64,000 nt of DNA, from assembly GCA_963842525.1 (NCBI GenBank), contig CAWJGT010000023.1, positions 64,001 to 128,000 on the forward strand, given 5' to 3'. How positions within the stretch are numbered: position 1 is the stretch's first letter; each line of letters begins with the position of its first letter. Made by a program: the position numbers and the translations under genes. This DNA comes from an uncultured Holophagales bacterium. GTDB lineage: Bacteria > Acidobacteriota > Thermoanaerobaculia > Multivoradales > UBA5704. The notes under the pieces were generated by a model. That model did not search any database. It was not told the DNA's origin and saw only the letters and a program-made list of their open reading frames with translations. Shown here in pieces: positions 1 to 7,766 of this stretch.

Positions 1-2313
1 GAGGCGGACGGCCGGCGCGAGGAGGCCCTGGCCTGCTACCGGCAGGCCCTCGCCGCCAACTTCGGCGATCCGGGGTACGCCCTCTCCCTGGGGCTGGCCC
101 TGGACGAGATGTCGAGCCCCGCGGCCCTCCCCCACCTGGAAGTCGCAGCACAGGACGGCTTGGGCGGACCCGAGGTCGTGCGAAGGATCGTCCTTCTGCG
201 CTTCCGCCAGGGCGACCGGGACGGGGCCTGGCGCTGGCTCGAATGGCTCCAGAAAGCCGGAGCCCTGCCGGACTCTCTGGCGCGGCTGCGCGCCCGCGAG
301 CTCGCCACCGAGGCCACCGAAGCCTTCAACGCCGGCCGCTATCCCGACGCCGCCAGGCTCTGGGACGAGGTGAGGACCGCCTGGCCGGACAATCCCCGGG
401 TCGCCGAAAACCTTTCCAAATCTCTGCTCTGCGACGCTGCCGTCCGCCTCAAGCAAGGCGAGCTGGACGGCCTGTGGGACCAGATCGACCGTGCACACCA
501 GCTTGCCGAAAGCTTCGAGTCCCGCCTCCTCCTGGCGATCTCGCTCCTCGTGCGGGGCGACCTGTCCGCAGCCCGGGAGCGGCTGGAGACGCTCGCCGCG
601 GAGCACCCGGAGCACCCGGCCGTTGCGGTCTTCTGCGCCCTCGCCGCCTGTTTCAGCGCCGCAGGGTCCGCCGAAGAGGAGTTGCAGAGCCTCTCCTCCC
701 TGGCCGGCGAGCTCGTCCCGGCTCCCCTGCTCGCCTTCCTGAAGATCCAGCTCGCGGCCCGCCGCGGCGACTTCGAGGCCGCCGCGCAAGCCGTGGACGT
801 CTGGGTCGAGGACCCGGAGCCCGTACGCGCCTTGGGCCTTCCACGTTCTCAGGTGAACCTGCTGGTCGCCCACTGCAAGCTCCGCGGCACACGCAGCAGG
901 AGGCAGCGGGTCGTGCGGTCCCTGGAGGAGCTGACCGCCCGGTACGGCGGGGGCTACTGGGATCTGGGACTGGCCCTGGCCCAGCATCACCTCGCCACCG
1001 CCGCCGGCCTCGCCCGCGCCGGAGAGGCAGATCCAGCCGCGCTGGCGGCCTGTGACGCGGCCTACCGGGCATTTTTGAAAACTGCGTCTGCCGACGAGCG
1101 CGGGCCGGCCCAAAGGAGCCATGCGGAGCTGCTCCAGTTCCTCGCCTGCCATCACCTGCAGCGCGGCGATCTCGGCGCCGCCCTGGAGGCCCTGGAGCGC
1201 CTGAAAGAGCTCGGCGCCGACGCACCCCGTGCGACCGAAAAGCTGCGCAAGGCTCTGACGGCGCGGATGAAGCGTCCCTCCCATGCCAAGGCCTTCTCCC
1301 TTCTCGCGCGAGATCCGGACGGCGCCCGCACCACCTGGAAATCCCTGCTGAAGGAGAACCCGAACGATCTCATCGCGCTCCATCATCTCGCCTGCCTGGC
1401 CTGGTCGCACGCCTGGGACGAGGTGGTCGAAGAGCATTACGAGGCCTCTCTCCCCTACTGGCGCGAAGGGCTGGAGCACTACCGGCAGCTCTACTCCCGC
1501 GACGACTTCTGGGACGGCCTCCGGCAGAAAGGCCAAGCCCTCGGCCAGATGGCAGCCCATCCGTTCCACGAAAAAACCTTCGACGAATGGCGCGCCGCGG
1601 CCCTCTACGAGCTCGCGCACACCCTGATCGACCTGATCTTCCACGTCCTGACCGGCTTCGACTTCGGCAAGCGGCAGACGGCCGTCGATCCGCGCATCCT
1701 AATGGCCCGTTCGCTCATGGAGGTCCTCCTCGACTCCAAGCTCGACGCCGCGCTCAAGGACCGGCTCTCCGAAAGCCTGGCCGACCACTACCTCGATCCG
1801 GACCCCACCCGCCTGTCCAACTTCGACGCCTCCACCCACCGCGCCGAGGTCGTGATCGATATCGACCCGGCGAGCCTCAAGGCGCGATCGTTCCTCCTCC
1901 GCGCCACTGTCCACCAGATCGACACGCAGCGCAAAGAGGGTGTCCGCAACTTCTCGCGCATGGCCAAACAGCTCGACGCCCTCAAGCTGCACGCCGAGTG
2001 GCTGGCGCAGCGGTTGAAAGAGCTGCCGGAAGACCGCGGGCGGCGCATCCGCATGGATCTCACCGGTTATTACGAACAGCTTGGTTGGGTCAAGCATGAC
2101 GAGGGCGACGAGGAAATCCGAAAGCTCAAGAGCCTGGCTGCGGGGCAGCCCCAGCAGGCCAGGGCCGCGCTGCGGCGGCTTCGCGAATGTTTCCAGGAAT
2201 CGGATGCCGCCCTACGGAAGTCCCTTTCCTTCGATGCGCTCAATCCCCACGCGCAGGAGGCCCTGGAGTACCACCGCGGCTGGTACGAGCAGATCGACCA
2301 AGTCCTGACCTGA
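1..2313 (+). CDS. Large TPR/alpha-helical repeat protein, 5' end outside the window
   Basis: The frame of ORF 109..2313 is open from base 1 (EADGRREEALACYRQALAANFGDPGYALSLGLALDE is TPR-like). Further TPR-like units: AFNAGRYPDAARLWDEV..PDNPRVAENL, LLVRGDLSAARERLE, HLQRGDLGAALEALE. Confidence 0.8.
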   Translation, partial: EADGRREEALACYRQALAANFGDPGYALSLGLALDEMSSPAALPHLEVAAQDGLGGPEVVRRIVLLRFRQGDRDGAWRWLEWLQKAGALPDSLARLRARELATEATEAFNAGRYPDAARLWDEVRTAWPDNPRVAENLSKSLLCDAAVRLKQGELDGLWDQIDRAHQLAESFESRLLLAISLLVRGDLSAARERLETLAAEHPEHPAVAVFCALAACFSAAGSAEEELQSLSSLAGELVPAPLLAFLKIQLAARRGDFEAAAQAVDVWVEDPEPVRALGLPRSQVNLLVAHCKLRGTRSRRQRVVRSLEELTARYGGGYWDLGLALAQHHLATAAGLARAGEADPAALAACDAAYRAFLKTASADERGPAQRSHAELLQFLACHHLQRGDLGAALEALERLKELGADAPRATEKLRKALTARMKRPSHAKAFSLLARDPDGARTTWKSLLKENPNDLIALHHLACLAWSHAWDEVVEEHYEASLPYWREGLEHYRQLYSRDDFWDGLRQKGQALGQMAAHPFHEKTFDEWRAAALYELAHTLIDLIFHVLTGFDFGKRQTAVDPRILMARSLMEVLLDSKLDAALKDRLSESLADHYLDPDPTRLSNFDASTHRAEVVIDIDPASLKARSFLLRATVHQIDTQRKEGVRNFSRMAKQLDALKLHAEWLAQRLKELPEDRGRRIRMDLTGYYEQLGWVKHDEGDEEIRKLKSLAAGQPQQARAALRRLRECFQESDAALRKSLSFDALNPHAQEALEYHRGWYEQIDQVLT

Positions 2314-2326
2314 CGGGAGACAAACC

Positions 2327-2818
2327 ATGGGACGGATCGACCCGAACAGGAATCCTTGCCGGCACAACATCTTCGATGCCTATGCGATCGACAAATCGGA
2401 GATCGACATCAAGGTCATCCGCGGGGCCTCTCTGAAAGCGAGGGACCAGCTCAAGTTCGGGAAGATCGTAGCGCGGGACGGCGCCGAGCTGCAGTTGACC
2501 GAAGCCGAACTCAACGAGATGGACAAGGTTCTCTTTGATCCCGTGGCGCGGCTCAAGTCTGAGCAATTCGTCCATCAGGCGCATTCCTTCTCTCAGGACG
2601 AAGAGCTAACGGTCTTGGTGCGCCAACTGGAGGAGGCGCGCGATCCCTTACCGGACCTCCTCGCCAAGATCCAGGCGAGGACACTCGCCACCCTCGTGCG
2701 GCAGGTGCTGCCGCAACCCGTACCGCAGCCGCTCGCGGACGACCTGACGCCGGTTGAGCTTGAGCCGCTTGATCTGCAGCTCGAATCGTTGCGGGATGCC
2801 ATTCTGCGGGACCGTTAG
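2327..2818 (+). CDS. Small protein with degenerate J-domain-like fold (no HPD motif)
   Basis: RBS-like GGGAGA upstream. NPCRHNIFDAYAIDKSEIDIKVIRGA...AELNEMDKVLFDPVARL resembles J-domain helices (EINEAYEVLSDPEKR). It sits in an operon with Hsp70 and GrpE homologues. Confidence 0.55.
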   Translation: MGRIDPNRNPCRHNIFDAYAIDKSEIDIKVIRGASLKARDQLKFGKIVARDGAELQLTEAELNEMDKVLFDPVARLKSEQFVHQAHSFSQDEELTVLVRQLEEARDPLPDLLAKIQARTLATLVRQVLPQPVPQPLADDLTPVELEPLDLQLESLRDAILRDR

Positions 2819-2840
2819 TTAGTGCTTCGGCGAACCAGGA

Positions 2841-4505
2841 GTGCAGACCGTGGCGAACTATACTACTGATCTCAAGTATCTTCTGGAGGAGTGTACATAC
2901 ACATCTGGCGTCCAGCAGCACGAGGCCAGTGTGTATTACCAGGAATCTCTTAGAGAGGATTCCCTACCGTTCCTAGCAATCGGCCACATGGACAGCAGGA
3001 ATCTGCGCGAAATTCTCCGGCATCTCACAGGATGGCTCCGGTTCAGAATCGTTCTCCAAGCGCTCAGCAATGTCTGTGAAACTCTCGAATATGCACACCG
3101 CAACGGCATTGCCCACGGCGCGATCGCCCTAGAAAAGATCACCTTCTCTCAACGAACCCGGCGATTCAGACTCGCCTTCGCGTCTCCTTCTCCGCTTCTG
3201 TCTGATGACAATATAGGAATCACTGCCGCAGAGCACATGGGAAGAGCAGTTCAGAAGGACCTCTCGGACTTGGAGGCCATCTTCGCGAACCTTCTTTCCG
3301 GAGTACGGGTGCCTTGGCTTGAGAAGATCCTGCTCAACTGCCGAAATCGACGCTTCACGAATGCCACCGGACTCTTCCGGGCGATTGTTCATCGGGAGCC
3401 CGAAAGAGCTCTTCTCATCGTTTTGTCGGCTCACTATAACGCCGACGCTCAGATTATCCACTACGACCTCGACATCGGAGGCTCAAGATCCCCCGAGATA
3501 CTCGACTTGGGAGTCAACCACAAAACGATCAGCGATCTCTGTGCACGCTGGGACCATATCGGCGAGCTCGCGCTACAACGTGCAAATAGAAAACGCGATT
3601 GCGCTCTAGTAGTCAACGGCAACCAAGGGATTCAAGAGTTAGTTAAGGAGGTTTCCGAGGACGCCACGCATTTCGTTCTTGGTGCCAAGGTGCAGAGAGG
3701 GCTCGAGAGGTATCCGCAAGCAGCCCTGTGGATCATGTATGATCCGCGCCTTTCTGCGATCCCTTGGGAGCTGCTGGAAATCAGCGGCGCTCGTTTCTGC
3801 CAGCAATTCCATGTGGCACGCTCGCCGCGGGTGGCCGCCCGCGTGCTCCATCCCGGGCTGCAGGCGGAAAACAAAATTCGCCTGCTGTTCATCGAAGACC
3901 CAGATGGCAATCTTGAAGGCGCACGAAAGGAGTGCCAACGCCTAAGAGCGGGGCTCGAATCCTCTCCCTTTGCCGACCGTATAGATATTTGGACCGTTAA
4001 TCGACGCGATGACTCACTTGCAATTCGTGGCCGAATGTTGCGCAGCGACATCATCCACTTCGCCGGACATGGCCTCTTCCATAAAAAATACACAGAAGAC
4101 AGCGGCCTGAGCCTCGGCGGCGGCGATATTTTTCCCGCGAGCCAGCTCAAGGATTTTTGGAGGTACGGAGCCCCATCTTTGGTTTTCGCGAATGCTTGTG
4201 GTTCAGGGCGGACCAACAAACAGATATCCCGGCATCGGGTCTACAGCGATGCCGCGACCGGTCTGGGTCAAGCGTTCCTCGCTGCCGGCGTCGCCAACTA
4301 TGTGGGAACCCTTTGGAATGCTCCGGACGGCGACGCCACGATTGACTTTGCGGTCGAGTTCTACCTCTGGTTCCTCTCTGGATGCACGGTGAGTCTGGCT
4401 ATTCACGAGGCGCGGAACCACTGCATCAAAAAATACGGCGAAGACGACCTCACCTGGGCTCGCTACGTCCTCTTTGGGCACCCCCTGAGTCGCATTGAGA
4501 TTTGA
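2841..4505 (+). CDS. Pseudokinase-like N-terminus fused to CHAT (caspase-like, clan CD) protease
   Basis: LEYAHRNGIAHGAIALEKITF resembles the kinase catalytic-loop region with HRD lost. CHAT motifs LSAIPWELL, IIHFAGHG (His), LVFANACGSG (Cys), GLGQAFLAAGV..YVGTLW, WARYVLFGHP. GTG start after a CAGGA RBS-like site. Confidence 0.85.
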   Translation: MQTVANYTTDLKYLLEECTYTSGVQQHEASVYYQESLREDSLPFLAIGHMDSRNLREILRHLTGWLRFRIVLQALSNVCETLEYAHRNGIAHGAIALEKITFSQRTRRFRLAFASPSPLLSDDNIGITAAEHMGRAVQKDLSDLEAIFANLLSGVRVPWLEKILLNCRNRRFTNATGLFRAIVHREPERALLIVLSAHYNADAQIIHYDLDIGGSRSPEILDLGVNHKTISDLCARWDHIGELALQRANRKRDCALVVNGNQGIQELVKEVSEDATHFVLGAKVQRGLERYPQAALWIMYDPRLSAIPWELLEISGARFCQQFHVARSPRVAARVLHPGLQAENKIRLLFIEDPDGNLEGARKECQRLRAGLESSPFADRIDIWTVNRRDDSLAIRGRMLRSDIIHFAGHGLFHKKYTEDSGLSLGGGDIFPASQLKDFWRYGAPSLVFANACGSGRTNKQISRHRVYSDAATGLGQAFLAAGVANYVGTLWNAPDGDATIDFAVEFYLWFLSGCTVSLAIHEARNHCIKKYGEDDLTWARYVLFGHPLSRIEI

Positions 4506-4514
4506 GGAAAGACC

Positions 4515-5074
4515 ATGAGCACCGAGACGATCCCCATTCCCGGCTTCCTGCCCACCCCCCTGGCCACTACGCCCCGCGAGCTCCAGGGGCTCGCGCTGGA
4601 GCTCTATCGGCACCTGGCGGACAACGCCCGCCGGCTGGAGGAATGCGAGCGGAAAGCGAAGGACGAGCTCGCCTCGCAAGCGCGAGAGCATGACCGGATG
4701 ATCGCGCGCCTGGCCGCGGAACGCTTCGAATTCCAGCGGCTTCTGGATCGCGTGCTGCCCCAGATCGAGCAGGGCGAGCTCCTCCGGACCTGGCCACGGC
4801 GCTGACCCTGCAAGCCCGGAGCTGGGACGCAGAGCTTGCGCGGGCGCGGATCGAGGTGATCGATCTCGCCGGGCAGATCCTTACCGATGCGCTCGCCGAA
4901 AAGGTTGAGGTCGAGAGCGCAATCCCGGATCCGGATGTGAATGAGACAGTAGTGCGAAAAACGCTGACGCCGCTCGTCCTGCACGAGGGCCGGGTGGTAG
5001 GCGTGGCCAAAGTGATCACGTCAGTCCCCTTGCCGCGCAGCAAGGAACAAGAGCTGAAGGAGGGCTCGTTGTGA
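4515..5074 (+). CDS. GrpE-like nucleotide exchange factor, interrupted by a frameshift near 4780
   Basis: 4515..4805 encodes a coiled coil. The frame of 4856..5074 is open from about 4784: PDLATALTLQARSWDAELARARIEVIDLAGQ...ETVVRKTLTPLVLHEGRVVGVAKVITS, a GrpE beta-head pattern. The stop overlaps the Hsp70 start (GTGA). Confidence 0.7.
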
Positions 5075-7740
5075 AGATCGTCGGCATCGATCTCGGGACC
5101 ACCAATTCCTGTGTCTATTACCTGGACGATGAGGGCAACCCCGTCCTCGTCACCGACTCTCTCAACCGGAAGATCTTTCCCTCCGTGGTCTGGTCGGCCG
5201 GGCCGGGCAAGGAGGTCATCGTCGGACACAAGGCGAAGAGCCGCCTGGGACAGCAGCCCTCTCCGGTCGCTGCGGTGAAGCGGAAGATGGGGACGACCGA
5301 GGAGGTTCGGCTCGGCGGACAGGGAGTCGCTCCGGTCGAGGTCTCGGCCCACATCCTCTCTTATGCAAAGCGTCTGGTCGAGGAGGCGACCGGAGACCAG
5401 GTGGGCGGCGTGGTAGTCACCATGCCTGCCTACTTTGACGCCGCACCCAAAAATGACACCTATGAGGCCGCAGTGCAAGCCTTCTTCTGTGGCGACGCCG
5501 CGGCGGCTCGAGGCCGGCTCGAGCTGCAGCTCGAGCCGGTGGCGGCGGCCTACGCCTACACCCTGGAAGATCCCGCGGAGCGCCTCCGCATCCTGGTCTA
5601 CGACCTGGGAGGCGGGACGTTCAACGTGACCCTGCTCGACAAGTCCCCCGAAGGCGGCCTCACGGTGCTGAAGTTCGGCGGCGATCCCCATCTCGGCGGC
5701 GACAACGTCGATGACCGCGTCGCGGCCTGGTTTCTCTATCTCCTGCGCGGCGGCAAGCCGGAAGCGCTGGACAGGATCCTCGCTCCGGGCCGCTATCCGG
5801 CGGACAGGCAATACACCCTCCTGCAACAGCTTCTGACCAACGACACGGCAGGACTGCGCGGCGAGCTGCGGCCGGAGGACCAGGACCTCAAGATCGGCGC
5901 GAAACCCCGTTACGCCCTCGATCTCGAAGCGAGCAACCCGCAAGATCTGGAACGTATCCAGACACTCAAGGCCCTGGCCGAGAAGGCCAAGATCGATCTC
6001 TCCGTCTCGACCGAGGCGACAATTTCGAAGCTGGGCGCCTTCACTGACCAGGATGGGGAGATCGTGGACGTCGACCTGACCCTCAACCGGAGCGAATTCA
6101 ACCGGCTCATCGGCGACATGATCGTCCGCACGATCGAGGAGACCGCCCGCGTCGTGGAGGGAAGCGGGCTGACCCTCGATCAGATCGACCGCATCATTCT
6201 CGTCGGAGGCTCGACGCGCATGCCGGTCGTGCGCGACGAGCTCGAGAAGGCGTTTCATCGCCCCATCCAGATGGCGGATCATCCCGACCTGATCGTCGCC
6301 CGGGGCGCCGCCTTGCGGGCCCGCGAGCTCAGCCTCGCGACGCCGGACGACCGCAGCGACGGAAAGATCTCCCTCGAATACCCGCGCCAGACGCCCGAGC
6401 CCCGGATCAACATCAAAGGGCAGGTGAGCCAGCCTCTCACCGGGCATCAGGTCTATCTCTCCCGCGGCGGAGAGGATGTGGCCGCCGTGCCCGTCCACGG
6501 GGACAGGTTCCTCCTCACGGACATACCGCTGGCGCACAATACCGAGAACACCTTCCATCTGGAGGTGGCGGACGCGGAGGACAACCTCTTCGCCGCCACG
6601 GAGGTCACGGTCCGGCACAGCGATCAGGCGATCGCCTCGACCGGCCCTCTATCGATACCGCTCACCAAACCGATCAAATCTCGCGGCGTAGGTGGGTTCA
6701 CGACGATCCTTGAAGAGGGAACGGTGCTCCCGGCAAAAGAACCTGTCACCTGCTACCGAGCGACCCAGGACGATCACATCGTCATCGAGCTCTACGAAGG
6801 CGAGCGCAAGCTCGCGGACTTGCGGATTGAGGGGCTCGACCCAAGTCTGCCTCTGAGATCAGCCATTGACGTCGTCGTCAACCTCGACAAGGACTACACA
6901 TGCCACGCCACGGCCACGATCCGGACGACCGGGCAGAGCGCCGGTGTTGCTTTCAGTATTTCTCGTCTTCAGATCCCGACCGTCGAGACCATGGATCAGG
7001 ATCTGGAGAACGTCCTGGAGGAGATCGAAAACGACATCCTCGGGATACGCGATCCCAATCTACGAGCCGGGTTTTCCCGCAAGGCCCGCCGCCTTGCAGC
7101 CGACTATCGCAAGGCCCGCCGGGAGCTGACCCGTGATCACCACAACCTCTATTCGATCGTCGGAGAGCTGCGCAAGGTCCTGATCGAGATCCGCGGTGCC
7201 CACGACGTCCTGGAGCCGCCCTTCGAGGTGCTCGGGCAGCTCGCCCGCATCAACCGCGGAGCGGCCGATCAGTTGGAGGGCACAAGCGCCATCCCGAAAG
7301 AAGACGCTCTGGAGAAGATCGCTGCTCTGGAGCGGGCGGGCAAAGAGGCCTGGGAAAAGCAGGACGCCCCGACCTGGAAGGCGATCATCGGCGAGCTCGA
7401 GAAAATGAAAGGCGATCTGGAGCATGCAACCAGGCCTGCGGGCCCAGGCCCACGGGATTTCCCGCCCGACTTCCTGCAACGAGAGATCCTGTCCTGGCTC
7501 GGCGAGCTGCGCGGCCGAGCCAAGGAGAACGACCTGGAGCAGCTTTTCAGCGTTGATCTTGAAACGATCGAAAGGGCCGTGCGGCACGTCGATCTCCGCA
7601 ATGCGGACCAGGCGCGGAATGCTCTTATCCAGATCGTCCAGGAGCAGATCAAGCCGCTGGACCACAAGATGGAGCGCATCATCCGCGAATCCGGAGGCAC
7701 CCTTGCGCAGTCCGGCGATCGGGTCTACGTGGAATGGTAA
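5071..7740 (+). CDS. Divergent Hsp70-family protein A (889 aa)
   Basis: VGIDLGTTNSC, TMPAYF, LEPVAAA, YDLGGGTFN, GGDNVDD, AEKAKIDLS, IILVGGSTRMP, PDLIVARGAA. Followed by a beta-rich insert, an SBD-beta-like region and a long helical C-terminus. Confidence 0.95.
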   Translation: MKIVGIDLGTTNSCVYYLDDEGNPVLVTDSLNRKIFPSVVWSAGPGKEVIVGHKAKSRLGQQPSPVAAVKRKMGTTEEVRLGGQGVAPVEVSAHILSYAKRLVEEATGDQVGGVVVTMPAYFDAAPKNDTYEAAVQAFFCGDAAAARGRLELQLEPVAAAYAYTLEDPAERLRILVYDLGGGTFNVTLLDKSPEGGLTVLKFGGDPHLGGDNVDDRVAAWFLYLLRGGKPEALDRILAPGRYPADRQYTLLQQLLTNDTAGLRGELRPEDQDLKIGAKPRYALDLEASNPQDLERIQTLKALAEKAKIDLSVSTEATISKLGAFTDQDGEIVDVDLTLNRSEFNRLIGDMIVRTIEETARVVEGSGLTLDQIDRIILVGGSTRMPVVRDELEKAFHRPIQMADHPDLIVARGAALRARELSLATPDDRSDGKISLEYPRQTPEPRINIKGQVSQPLTGHQVYLSRGGEDVAAVPVHGDRFLLTDIPLAHNTENTFHLEVADAEDNLFAATEVTVRHSDQAIASTGPLSIPLTKPIKSRGVGGFTTILEEGTVLPAKEPVTCYRATQDDHIVIELYEGERKLADLRIEGLDPSLPLRSAIDVVVNLDKDYTCHATATIRTTGQSAGVAFSISRLQIPTVETMDQDLENVLEEIENDILGIRDPNLRAGFSRKARRLAADYRKARRELTRDHHNLYSIVGELRKVLIEIRGAHDVLEPPFEVLGQLARINRGAADQLEGTSAIPKEDALEKIAALERAGKEAWEKQDAPTWKAIIGELEKMKGDLEHATRPAGPGPRDFPPDFLQREILSWLGELRGRAKENDLEQLFSVDLETIERAVRHVDLRNADQARNALIQIVQEQIKPLDHKMERIIRESGGTLAQSGDRVYVEW

Positions 7741-7766
7741 GACGCGGGCCGAAGGAGACACATACC

